Notes under the pieces: model-generated | What the model saw: the letters and a program-made list of their open reading frames with translations, nothing else | What the model was told of the DNA's origin: nothing | Database searches by the model: none | Source of the DNA: Crocosphaera chwakensis CCY0110 | Lineage (GTDB): Bacteria; Cyanobacteriota; Cyanobacteriia; Cyanobacteriales; Microcystaceae | DNA: 26,861 nucleotides | Assembly (NCBI RefSeq): GCF_000169335.1 | Contig: NZ_AAXW01000058.1 | Location: forward strand, 1-26,861 | Direction: 5' to 3' | Part shown: positions 1-8,474 of the stretch, in pieces | Layout of the letters: each line of letters begins with the position of its first letter | Numbering within the stretch: position 1 is the stretch's first letter | Translations under genes and position numbers: made by a program

Positions 1-753
1 AATATACAAATCTAAGCTATTTAGAATGATAGCTTAGATAAGATAAGTAAATCGCTTTGAATGTCAGAAATGATCTATATTTTTTAACACTGTTCTTTCA
101 ATGCACACTTATGTATGAACATAGTGAGACAGCATGAAAAAATAGTTGATATAACTGAGAAGGAAATGATAACCTTTTTTAAGGCTGAAGTCGATCAAAA
201 CTAGGTGAGGATGGGTTTTCATGGTGATTATATCTTTCGTGCAAAGTGGAATTTATAATTAACAGGATGGATTCAGTTAAAGCGGGTATAGTCAGCACAA
301 AGTAGACAAATATATGCTTGCCTAAACTCATTGAGAGTGGTTATATTTAATAACTTCTCGAAGAGACTGTTATTTCGCCTCGCGTCAAAGACTAACTTTC
401 TTAGAAGATGAAAATTAGCTTTTTATCAAAAGTAACTAAATTAATTATCTGTTAGCTTCATTATAAAGGTTAAACTTAGATTCCGCAAGGGTTTATTTGA
501 TAATTTATGATAATTTAAAGCTATTGATATTACTTATCGATTAATTTTGAAATCAGTCATCGATCAGTTTATTTAGTACAAGACTATTAACCAAAGAGCA
601 ACGATTTCCATTACAAAAATATATATTAAGGCTTTTATTATTATCATTAAACTCCACTTAAGAAAATCTTTAATTTATTTAAAGGATCTAATTATATTAC
701 TTAGGGTTAGGCTTACGATGAGATAGCAATTAAGAATAACGAGGAGAAAATAA

Positions 754-2370
754 ATGCACATTCACTCAGCGTTGCTTTTTCATTTTGCTCAAGTTCCGAT
801 AAAAAGCGAAAATATTAAGCTTTTCATGACGCAACCGATTCCAGATACTACCATAAACCCTAAATCTTTAGAGGTGAAGACAGCACAAGCTACTGGAAAT
901 TTCTTATTAATTATTCTAATAGTGTTTTTAGCAATAGGTTTTATAGTAGCTCTTTTTAAAGAACCTTTAGCTGCTTGGATGAGAACAGCAGGAGAATCCC
1001 AAAAACAAGAAGAATCTAAACAAGCATCTCAACAAGAATTTGCAGTATCTCTAAATATTTCTGATGTTCGTACCGAAGACTATTTTCGCGCAATAATACA
1101 GGGAACAGTTTACCTCAAAATTGACACGACAAAAAATGTAACTTTATTAAAGTCTACAGATGGCATTATTACTAATGAGAGGGTTATTAGTTTTTTTAAA
1201 GATACCTTTGAAAGTGCTATAAGAGAAGCAGCTAGTAGTAAGGGATTAGACGAAATTTATAAAAATAGAGTGCAGTTTAGTACACAAGTAAAAGGAATCC
1301 TTGATGGAATTATTCAGGGTTCTTTTTTAATGATTAAGTACGTTGTTATCGGTAATGTGGATGAAAGTAATAATTATGATCCTGATAATTATTTTGATGC
1401 TCAAGCTCTTCAAAAACGAATGGAGACAATTCAATTAGCAATTCTAGCAACTCGCAGAGTAGAATTAGCTAATGAGAAACTGATTGAAACAGAAGAATTA
1501 GAGTTTCAAAAACAGCACTTACAGAATAATAAAACTCTGGAAACAGAAAAAATAACTGTTGAATTTGAAATTGAAAAGTATAAAAACTCTAAAGACAATG
1601 AACTAGAACAAGAAATAGAAACATCAGCAATTAATATGATGAAAACAATTGAAGAATATAAAGCAAGCGTAGAAGAAGCAATTCAAACTGCAAAAAGAAA
1701 GATAGAAAAGGGAGAAATTAATACAAGGATAGACATTGAACAACATAGAGCGATAGAAGAAGAGAAAGTGGTGATAGCAAATAAAGCTTTACAAATAATA
1801 CAAAAACAAGCAGAACAAGAAATAGAACAAGCAGAAATAACAGCTACCATAACAACAATACAAGCAGAAACCACGAAATTAGAAGAAGAAAGACTGCGAG
1901 ATATCAAACTTGAAACAAATACTACAGATATTGAAATGAAGCAAGTTGAGCGTGAAAATGAAAAAACTAAGAGTATTAAGGACAACAGGTTAGAGAATGA
2001 AGTCGCAATTATTCAACAGTTAGCTGGAGCAGAAGAAAAACGCTATAAAGCGGTACCAATTAGTGATTTGGATAGTTTAATTAAACTGATTCGAGAGGAA
2101 TTATTAGCCAAAGGACAGGATGCACAACTAACGATAATTAAACAAATTGTTGAATCCCTTGCCCCTAAAGAAAATGCTTTAGGGAATTCAAATGTTTACA
2201 CTTTTTCTAATAGTGATGCAGAAGATATAAATAAATTAATGTTTTCTACCAGTGGAATGCACCTCATTAATTCTTTTCTGAATAGTAAATTAGGGCAACA
2301 ATGGCAAAATAACCTAACTAATGATAATGGAGCAAGTGAAAATTTAGTAGAGATGACTAACGTAGAATAA
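754..2370 (+). CDS. Flotillin-like SPFH/band-7 membrane protein (YqiK/FloT-like)
   Basis: 538-aa ORF with GGAG about 7 nt upstream of the ATG. One N-terminal TM helix (FLLIILIVFLAIGFIVALF). SPFH-like core ends in NYDPDNYFDAQAL, which resembles the E. coli YqiK segment as I recall it (HFNPNNAFDAEGL). This is followed by a roughly 200-aa E/Q/I/A-rich coiled coil and a flotillin-type tail. Confidence 0.7.
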   Translation: MHIHSALLFHFAQVPIKSENIKLFMTQPIPDTTINPKSLEVKTAQATGNFLLIILIVFLAIGFIVALFKEPLAAWMRTAGESQKQEESKQASQQEFAVSLNISDVRTEDYFRAIIQGTVYLKIDTTKNVTLLKSTDGIITNERVISFFKDTFESAIREAASSKGLDEIYKNRVQFSTQVKGILDGIIQGSFLMIKYVVIGNVDESNNYDPDNYFDAQALQKRMETIQLAILATRRVELANEKLIETEELEFQKQHLQNNKTLETEKITVEFEIEKYKNSKDNELEQEIETSAINMMKTIEEYKASVEEAIQTAKRKIEKGEINTRIDIEQHRAIEEEKVVIANKALQIIQKQAEQEIEQAEITATITTIQAETTKLEEERLRDIKLETNTTDIEMKQVERENEKTKSIKDNRLENEVAIIQQLAGAEEKRYKAVPISDLDSLIKLIREELLAKGQDAQLTIIKQIVESLAPKENALGNSNVYTFSNSDAEDINKLMFSTSGMHLINSFLNSKLGQQWQNNLTNDNGASENLVEMTNVE

Positions 2371-2415
2371 TTTTTTTAACAATTACTAACTTATTTTTCT
2401 AGAGAGAATAAAACA

Positions 2416-3537
2416 ATGACAGAACAAAAAAAGACAATTCATGTCGGTTATTGGTGGGCTTTTTTATTAACCTTTGGATGTGGGTTGGCTTTAGTCGCAG
2501 TTTTTACTATCCTGATCAGTCACAGTAACCCTACTGCTGCTCCAATTTATTTATCTTTAACCTTAGCTGGTGCTTTAGGTGGTATTCTTTACTCTATCTC
2601 AATTGATGGTTCGTTAGAATTACCAAAATGGGGAGATAATGGACATAGTGTTCATATTGGTTCTATTGGAGAGATTTTTTTAGGCATTTGTGGTGCTTTT
2701 ATTGCCTATGTTGCTTTACCTGAAGAGCTTAAATCTTCTATCACAGAAGATACAACACAACTAGCACAGCAATTAGCCAACCAAGGACTAACACAAGCAC
2801 AAATAGAATTAATTCTTGAACAAGCTGCAGAACAAGTAGATAGTGCAACATCTAGTCTCATTGCCTTTGTGACAGGATTAGTGGGAGGATATGGAGGTAA
2901 AGCTATCCTTAATGCTGCTTTAGGAAGGGTTATCGGTCAGGTTGAAAATGTTAATCTAATTGAAGAAAATAACAAAAGACTGGCTAAAGAAGCTAAACAA
3001 CTGAGTGATGAACAATCTATTATTAAACAGGTAAATCAACAACTTCAAGAAGGACTACCCACGTCAGAAGTTTATGATCTGGTTGAAGAGATCAAAAATG
3101 CGCCCCAAGATGTTCAAGAAGAAGCTTTCAGAAGAGCAAAAGAAATCCGTCGCTTGAGTTGGCGAACCAAAGCCTTTAAATCAGAAATACCCAAAACCAT
3201 TCCTATTTTTGAAGCTTTAGTAGACAGCGATCCCAGTAACCATGAATATCACGCTCAACTGGGTTACGCTTATAAAGATTCTCTTCCCCCCAGACTAGAA
3301 GAAGCTATTACTCAACTTAATGAAGCGATCGCCTTACGAGGAAATCAAATCATCAGTACAACCTGGAAATATGAACTAAACCGAGCTTTAACTAGGATGA
3401 TGCAAGAAGAACAGCAAGTTAGTAGCAATGGTCAAATGTCTCCCTGGCGCGAAGAAATCTGGCAAGATATTGTTAAAGTTGATCGCAACTATGGCATCAC
3501 CAAAATTTTAATTGAACTTCAGTGCGTCAGTCCCTAG
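2416..3537 (+). CDS. Polytopic membrane protein with C-terminal TPR-like region; probable 5' fragment of an IS-interrupted gene
   Basis: 373-aa ORF 45 nt downstream of the flotillin-like gene. It has 3-4 predicted TM helices (WWAFLLTFGCGLALVAVFTILI, IYLSLTLAGALGGILYSI, IGEIFLGICGAFIAYVAL, LIAFVTGLVGGYGG), a coiled-coil linker and one TPR-like unit (HEYHAQLGYAYKDSLPPRLEEAITQLNEAIAL). Its stop codon (3535-3537) lies inside the IS left-end hairpin. Confidence 0.6.
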   Translation: MTEQKKTIHVGYWWAFLLTFGCGLALVAVFTILISHSNPTAAPIYLSLTLAGALGGILYSISIDGSLELPKWGDNGHSVHIGSIGEIFLGICGAFIAYVALPEELKSSITEDTTQLAQQLANQGLTQAQIELILEQAAEQVDSATSSLIAFVTGLVGGYGGKAILNAALGRVIGQVENVNLIEENNKRLAKEAKQLSDEQSIIKQVNQQLQEGLPTSEVYDLVEEIKNAPQDVQEEAFRRAKEIRRLSWRTKAFKSEIPKTIPIFEALVDSDPSNHEYHAQLGYAYKDSLPPRLEEAITQLNEAIALRGNQIISTTWKYELNRALTRMMQEEQQVSSNGQMSPWREEIWQDIVKVDRNYGITKILIELQCVSP

Positions 3538-3559
3538 TCTCAGCGTAGCGGACTAGGGA
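3531..3559 (+). repeat. IS left-end (LE) subterminal hairpin
   Basis: TCCCTAGTC (3531-3539) pairs perfectly with GACTAGGGA (3551-3559), with loop tcagcgtagcg. A second interrupted hairpin follows at 3570-3603 (GACAATTT...AAATTGTC with inner GGAC/GTCC). Confidence 0.7.
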
Positions 3560-3606
3560 AGGAAAGCACGACAATTTGAGGACTCAATGTCCGAAAAATT
3601 GTCAAA

Positions 3607-4017
3607 TTAACTTTTCGGAGCATCTTGGTTCTTGATATATTCTTTTAACTTTTCAATAGGTGCGCCACCAGAAGAAGTGACATAATAAGACTTAGACCAA
3701 AAAGAAACTTTGTCTTTATAAAACTTAGTTACTTGTTCAGGAAAGTCTTTTTTCATGACTCTAGCTGTCGAACTTTTAAGACACCCTGCAACTGTAGAAA
3801 TAGAGTTTTTAGGATGGAAATCTAATAAGATATGGACATGATCCATTTCACCCGAAAACTCTAGTAACTCACAATCCATTTTGCGAGATACTTGCCAAAT
3901 CATTTCTCTTAATCGCTCTAGCATTAGGGCGGTTATTACTTTGCGTCTATAGTGAGTAACAAAAACAAAGTGTAACCGCACACTAAAAACACTATGTGAC
4001 CCTTTTCTTGGTTTCAT
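3607..4017 (-). CDS. tnpA: IS200/IS605 family Y1 (HUH) transposase TnpA
   Basis: 136 aa. HUH motif in MDHVHILLDF. C-terminal catalytic Tyr region SKSYYVTSSGGAPIEKLKEYIKNQ. N-terminus KGSHSVFSVRLHFVFVTHYRRKVI is typical of the family. Confidence 0.9.
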   Translation of the reverse strand: MKPRKGSHSVFSVRLHFVFVTHYRRKVITALMLERLREMIWQVSRKMDCELLEFSGEMDHVHILLDFHPKNSISTVAGCLKSSTARVMKKDFPEQVTKFYKDKVSFWSKSYYVTSSGGAPIEKLKEYIKNQDAPKS

Positions 4018-4018
4018 C

Positions 4019-4048
4019 TTGACACCCTACAGGTAATTAGACTAAAAT
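4019..4048 (+). promoter_or_regulatory. Candidate sigma70-type promoter for tnpB
   Basis: TTGACA (4019-4024), an 18-nt spacer, then TAAAAT (4043-4048), located 31 nt upstream of the tnpB ATG in the tnpA-tnpB divergent spacer. Confidence 0.35.
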
Positions 4049-4078
4049 CATCATATCAGTTCTGTTGAGGTCGGCAAC

Positions 4079-5341
4079 ATGGCTACTAAAAGAATCACGT
4101 TTAGACTTTACCCAAATAAAGAACAAAATGAGAAACTTCATTATTGGAGACGTTTACACAAAGATTTATACAATGCTTGTGTAGTTAATCGAAAAACTCA
4201 ATACAAAAAGTTTGGTAAATCCATTAATTACTTTGACCAACAAAACTCATTACCTGAGTTTAAAAAAGATTGGCCAGAATACAAAGACCTTGGTAGCCAT
4301 GCCCTTCAAGCAACTGTAAAACGGGTTGATTTTGCTTTCCAACGTTTTTTCAAGATTAAATCAGGTTATCCGAAACTAAAGTCTTCAAGAAGATATAAAG
4401 GGTGGACTTATCCTGATAAAGCTGGTTGGAAAATAGACAGTAATGGACATCATGGAAAGTTGACACTTTCTAATTTTGGAACAATAAAGATGAGGGGTAA
4501 AGCAAGAGATTGGGGAACACCAAATACTTGCACTATCATCTTTAAACAAGGAAAATGGTACGCTTCTGTTACTGTTAGTTGTGATCCAAAACGAGAAACA
4601 GGTAAAGAGGCTTGTGGTATCGATTTTGGGACTCATCATGCACTTGCTTTTGACGATGGCACTGTTATTGATAATCCTAGATTTCTCAAACAATCACAGG
4701 ATAAAATCAACAAAACAGCAAAGAAATCTAGAAAGAAACGTGCAGGAAAAAAGGGAGTAAAAGGGTCTAGAAGATGGAAAAAAGCTGTTAGAAAAATCGG
4801 TAAGATTCAATCTTTAGTTGGTCGTCAAAGACAAAACTGGCATCATCAAGTTTCCACACAAATAGTTAGCTGTAATAGCTTGGTGGCAACTGAGAAATTA
4901 AACCTAAAAGGAATGACCAAAAAAGCTAAAAGAGGTAGCAAAAGAAAACGTCAAAAGACTGGATTAAATCGGTCAATTCTTGACGTTGGAATTGGTAACT
5001 TAAAATCATTAATAAAAAGCAAAGTTACCGAAGCAGGTGGGTTTTACATTGAGGTTCCTACTCGAAAAGTTAAGCCATCTCAGACTTGTCCTAATTGTGG
5101 TCATCAAAAGAAAAAGACATTAGCAGAACGCCAGCACAACTGCGAAAAGTGCCTTTATAGTTGCGACAGAGATGTTGCATCAGCCCAGGTGTGTTTAAAC
5201 TGGGCAAGGGGGCAGGAACTGTCCTCTTTAGACGTAGAGTCGCCTAGCTCTACTTTATGCGGAAGCATGAGGCAACTAGGGGCGAAAAAGCACAACAATG
5301 CAAAGAAGCGTCAGAAACATCTAGCTCAACAAAGTGGCTAG
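4079..5341 (+). CDS. tnpB: TnpB (IS605 OrfB) RNA-guided RuvC-type endonuclease
   Basis: 420 aa. RuvC triad contexts are CGIDFGTHH (D), VATEKLNLKGM (E) and CDRDVASAQ (D). Zinc ribbon CPNCGH...CEKCLYSC. No internal stops, so it appears intact. Confidence 0.9.
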   Translation: MATKRITFRLYPNKEQNEKLHYWRRLHKDLYNACVVNRKTQYKKFGKSINYFDQQNSLPEFKKDWPEYKDLGSHALQATVKRVDFAFQRFFKIKSGYPKLKSSRRYKGWTYPDKAGWKIDSNGHHGKLTLSNFGTIKMRGKARDWGTPNTCTIIFKQGKWYASVTVSCDPKRETGKEACGIDFGTHHALAFDDGTVIDNPRFLKQSQDKINKTAKKSRKKRAGKKGVKGSRRWKKAVRKIGKIQSLVGRQRQNWHHQVSTQIVSCNSLVATEKLNLKGMTKKAKRGSKRKRQKTGLNRSILDVGIGNLKSLIKSKVTEAGGFYIEVPTRKVKPSQTCPNCGHQKKKTLAERQHNCEKCLYSCDRDVASAQVCLNWARGQELSSLDVESPSSTLCGSMRQLGAKKHNNAKKRQKHLAQQSG

Positions 5342-5368
5342 ATGTAGTTCATAGCAAAGACGAAGCCG
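5200..5368 (+). ncRNA. Predicted TnpB omega RNA (reRNA) scaffold plus flanking guide; extent approximate
   Basis: In characterised TnpB systems the guide RNA derives from the 3' end of tnpB through the right end, plus about 16 nt of flank. Local stems visible here are GTAGAG/CTCTAC (5234-5253), ATGC-GGAA-GCAT (5257-5268) and the RE hairpin (5317-5345). Confidence 0.4.
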
Positions 5369-7152
5369 TTGATATTCCCCTCAAAGATTGGTTAGAAATC
5401 AATCAGGATTGGATTAAACAACAAAGTGGAGGAACCCGTTTACTCGAAAAAGCCTTTAACGTTGCTCTCAGTCCAACCCCTCTTATTGAACCTGATATTG
5501 TAGAAAGAAATGGTGACAAAATAGGGATATTAAGAGGTCGCAAGGATGTTGAAACCCTCAAAGAAGAAGCCAAGTCAGGATCTGTAGGGACGCAGTTACT
5601 CAGAAGGAAGCGCAGTTCTAAATCTGATTTACTTCGCAAAAACACCAACTGGAAAACAGTTCCCTCTGGTACAAAAATTGAAGCAACTCACCTCACCTAC
5701 CTTAAACGTTACACTCTTAGCGCATTAGACCTTCAAGATGATCAAAAAGTTGAAGTTCCCGTCGGAAAAGATTACTATGTTCGTCAATATGCACCGACAG
5801 CAGACGGTCATTGCTTAGTGGAATTAGATTATGAGTCTGGGGTTTGGTATATTTGGCCAAGTCATTGGCATTTACCTTGGGAAGACCAGAATAAAGACAA
5901 TAGCCAAGAGTTATCCTCTAGTACAAGTGCAGTCATAGCCAAAAAGACTACAACAGATATTGTCACTCGCCAGCAAGCGAAATCAGTTTATGGACGAACT
6001 TTAACCGATCAACAATTTAACGACTTAAACGACTGTTTGAGGCGATTTGAGATTAATACCGTACCACGAGTCAGACATTTTCTCAGCCAAACTGCTCATG
6101 AAAGTGGGGGTTTAAAGTGGATGAAGGAAATTTGGGGACCAACTTCTGCACAGCGAAGTTATGATCCGCCTCATCGTAAAGCAAAAGAACTAGGCAATAC
6201 AAACATGGGTGATGGGAAAAAATATCGAGGCGGTGGTGTTATTCAATTAACGGGTAAATATAATTATCAAAAGTTTGCTAACTTTATTGATGATCCTAAA
6301 GTTATGCAAGGGGCAGATTATGTGGGTAGTATTTACCCTTTTAGTAGTGCCGGTTTTTGGTGGAAAAATAATAATATGAATGCACTGTGCGATGCAGGTG
6401 GAACTGTTAAGCAAGTCACCAGAAAAGTCAATGGTGGTTATAACGGACTCAGCGATCGTCAACGTTACTATGATAAAGCGGATCAGATAATCAAGTCGAT
6501 TCCTACTCCGAGTCCTGATGAGAAGGTAGAACCTATTGACAACCTGCCAGTTCCTATCATCGATCCATTAGCCAAGGATTACAATAATCCAGAAGCAGTT
6601 AAACGACAAATTGATAGATTAAGCAAATACTTGTCACCCGGAAAAACCTTAAATCTGGATGTCAAAACCAATTATTTTAGTCAACGAGACAACTATACTC
6701 AACCTCATCGGACTTGCAATAGTAGTAGTAATGCTATGTACTTAGATTGGTTACTGCGAGTTACCGGTAAACCAGGTTTAGGGGGAGATAATAACTATCT
6801 TCAAAAAGTTCTGGCAAAAGGGGATACGATTTATCATGGAATTCACACTCAAATCATCAAACAGTATGGTTTCAACACAAAATGGAATACAGATCGAGAT
6901 TTACCGTTTATTCATGATTTAATTAAGGCCGGTTTTCCTGTTCCTGTTAATCTACTTCATCGTGGCACTATTTCTGCTCCAACAGGCGGTCATGTCATTA
7001 TGTTGATTGGCTATAAAAATGATTCTTGGATTGCCCATGATCCCTACGGTACTTTAGAATCAAACTATACAGTCCATAACGGGGCTTATAGTCGTATCAG
7101 TGAACGAGAATTTAAAGCCAGGTGGCAAGGGGGTTACAGAATGTTAGCCTAA
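5257..7152 (+). CDS. GH19 (chitinase/lysozyme-like, COG3179-type) plus C39-like cysteine peptidase protein; probable 3' fragment of the IS-interrupted gene
   Basis: GH19 motifs: FLSQTAHESGGLKWMKEIWG, GDGKKYRGGGVIQLTGKYNY, SAGFWW, VNGGYNGLSDRQ. C39_2-like motifs: HRTCNSSSNAMYLDW (Cys), GGHVIMLIGY (His), HDPYG (Asp). The only in-frame ATG (5257) lies inside the IS. The next canonical start codon in frame is GTG at 5818. Confidence 0.7.
   Translation: MRKHEATRGEKAQQCKEASETSSSTKWLDVVHSKDEAVDIPLKDWLEINQDWIKQQSGGTRLLEKAFNVALSPTPLIEPDIVERNGDKIGILRGRKDVETLKEEAKSGSVGTQLLRRKRSSKSDLLRKNTNWKTVPSGTKIEATHLTYLKRYTLSALDLQDDQKVEVPVGKDYYVRQYAPTADGHCLVELDYESGVWYIWPSHWHLPWEDQNKDNSQELSSSTSAVIAKKTTTDIVTRQQAKSVYGRTLTDQQFNDLNDCLRRFEINTVPRVRHFLSQTAHESGGLKWMKEIWGPTSAQRSYDPPHRKAKELGNTNMGDGKKYRGGGVIQLTGKYNYQKFANFIDDPKVMQGADYVGSIYPFSSAGFWWKNNNMNALCDAGGTVKQVTRKVNGGYNGLSDRQRYYDKADQIIKSIPTPSPDEKVEPIDNLPVPIIDPLAKDYNNPEAVKRQIDRLSKYLSPGKTLNLDVKTNYFSQRDNYTQPHRTCNSSSNAMYLDWLLRVTGKPGLGGDNNYLQKVLAKGDTIYHGIHTQIIKQYGFNTKWNTDRDLPFIHDLIKAGFPVPVNLLHRGTISAPTGGHVIMLIGYKNDSWIAHDPYGTLESNYTVHNGAYSRISEREFKARWQGGYRMLA
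5317..5345 (+). repeat. IS right-end (RE) subterminal hairpin
   Basis: ACATCTAGC (5317-5325) pairs perfectly with GCTAGATGT (5337-5345). Loop tcaacaaagtg is 11 nt, the same length as the LE loop tcagcgtagcg and similar to it. It is preceded by GCGTCAGAA, compared with GCGTCAG at the LE. Confidence 0.7.
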
Positions 7153-7165
7153 TTTTTATCTCTTT

Positions 7166-7186
7166 AACTGATAACTGTTAGCTGTT
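7166..7186. repeat. STRR-like heptamer repeat (AACTGAT AACTGTT AGCTGTT)
   Basis: Three tandem heptamers sit between two convergent genes. The reverse complement contains AACAGTTATCAG, which also occurs at 24905-24916. Confidence 0.4.
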
Positions 7187-8341
7187 TCTTATTTCTTTCC
7201 AAAGGTTAATATATTGTTCTTGAACTTCCGTTGATAAAGGTTCTAAAAATTCACATTGCTCGAAAATAGTCTCATCAATAAATAATAAAGGATTATTCAT
7301 GATCTCTGGAGAAACTTCTTTTTTATCTATCCTATCAATCATCGGAGAAGCAGCATCAGCGAATAAAGAAATGATTTTTGCTGCTTGAGGTTGCCAACAA
7401 AAATTAAGCCATTGTTTAGCCGTTTCTGATAACTCGTTTTGGCCTTCTTTTACTTTTGGTTTTACCCAAATATCAGACCATAAAGAAGTCCCAGAAGTTG
7501 GAACCACTGCTTTAATATTACGGTTTTTAGTGATGAGAGGAATAATTTCATTTGACCATCCCACACTTACGTCAACATCTCCCACTAATAGGGGTTGTAA
7601 ATAGTGATCCGAACTATAATATTTGACTTGTTCATTTAAAGCTAAAAGTTCTGTTTTTAACTGAGGAACTTGAGCTAAATTTTCCGTATTGTAGGAGTGT
7701 CCTAAGTATTTTAAAGTTAATCCGATCACTTCTCTATATTGATCCACCATAGAAATGCGATCGCTTAATCGTTGATCCCATAAATCAGACCAATCTTGAG
7801 GTTGCCAATCTAGTTTATCGGATCGATAAGCAATTAAGGTGGTTCCCCAACGATAAGGCGCACCCCAAATTAACCCATTGTCTTGTAACTGTCCCTGTTT
7901 ATTCCGTTTGACCAATGTTTGCCAACGAGAGGGTAACTTATCCCAATTTTCAACCTGGGTTAAGTTTAGGGGTTCAATTAAGTCTTTTTTAATGGCATCA
8001 GCTAACCAGATATCTCCCAAAGTAACAAAATCACTCAGAGAAGGAGGGGGAGGATTAATAACAGGAATTTTCGGTATTTCTTGCCATAAACCCTTTTTGT
8101 TTTCATCTTTACCTTGCCAAGTTTCCAATAGAGAAAACAAGTCTTTTAATTGACCTTGAGGTTTAAAATCGAGAGAGGGTTGCGAAGAAAGATTTTGACG
8201 AAAAGCCTTGAGTAATTGAGGAGGAATAGAACCTTGTAGCAATAAAACCCGTAAATCAACGTTAGAACTAGCACAACTAGATAACAGATTTCCTAATGCT
8301 AAAATTCCTGCAGTAGTAAGAAAAGAACGACGGGTAAGCAT
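7178..8341 (-). CDS. Periplasmic polyamine (spermidine/putrescine)-type ABC substrate-binding lipoprotein, PotD/PotF-like
   Basis: 387 aa. Tat-like signal plus lipobox (MLTRRSFLTTAGILALGNLLSSC). Family-typical segments GAPYRWGTTLIAYRSD and TSGTSLWSDIW. Confidence 0.7.
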   Translation of the reverse strand: MLTRRSFLTTAGILALGNLLSSCASSNVDLRVLLLQGSIPPQLLKAFRQNLSSQPSLDFKPQGQLKDLFSLLETWQGKDENKKGLWQEIPKIPVINPPPPSLSDFVTLGDIWLADAIKKDLIEPLNLTQVENWDKLPSRWQTLVKRNKQGQLQDNGLIWGAPYRWGTTLIAYRSDKLDWQPQDWSDLWDQRLSDRISMVDQYREVIGLTLKYLGHSYNTENLAQVPQLKTELLALNEQVKYYSSDHYLQPLLVGDVDVSVGWSNEIIPLITKNRNIKAVVPTSGTSLWSDIWVKPKVKEGQNELSETAKQWLNFCWQPQAAKIISLFADAASPMIDRIDKKEVSPEIMNNPLLFIDETIFEQCEFLEPLSTEVQEQYINLWKEIRNS

Positions 8342-8474
8342 AAAATGTACTGTATCGAAGGTTACGGTTAAACTTATCGATTAATTAAGAGTAGTGAAGT
8401 AATCGTTAAATGAATCAGGAATCTGTAACTATCTTTCTCAGGTAATTCTAGGATTAACAGTAGCACAGTTTTTA

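Larger units (their letters stand above)
3512..5355 (+). mobile_element. IS200/IS605-family insertion sequence (divergent tnpA and tnpB); boundaries approximate (+/- about 15 nt)
   Basis: Contains a Y1 HUH transposase and TnpB. Two subterminal hairpins share the same architecture (9-bp stem, 11-nt loop), and each is preceded by GCGTCAG. There are no terminal inverted repeats, as expected for this family. Confidence 0.8.

Noticed and set aside
1683-1985. Antisense or shadow ORFs nested inside longer genes. Coordinates: 1683-1985(-), 4385-4693(-), 5403-5648(-), 6247-6462(-), 7878-8153(+), 9861-10142(+), 10155-10394(+), 13357-13572(-), 16760-16942(-), 17072-17257(+), 19242-19457(+), 19741-19926(-), 19807-20013(+), 20451-20678(-), 21650-21832(-), 21723-22064(+).
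   Set aside because: Each lies wholly or largely within, or out of frame with, a longer ORF that has clear family motifs. Their translations are low-complexity or Cys/Ser/Ile-rich, with no motifs and no ribosome-binding sites.
1440-2000. Purine-rich gaa/caa/aaa periodicity in the flotillin-like gene.
   Set aside because: It is explained by the E/Q/K-rich coiled-coil coding sequence. There is no exact DNA repeat unit.
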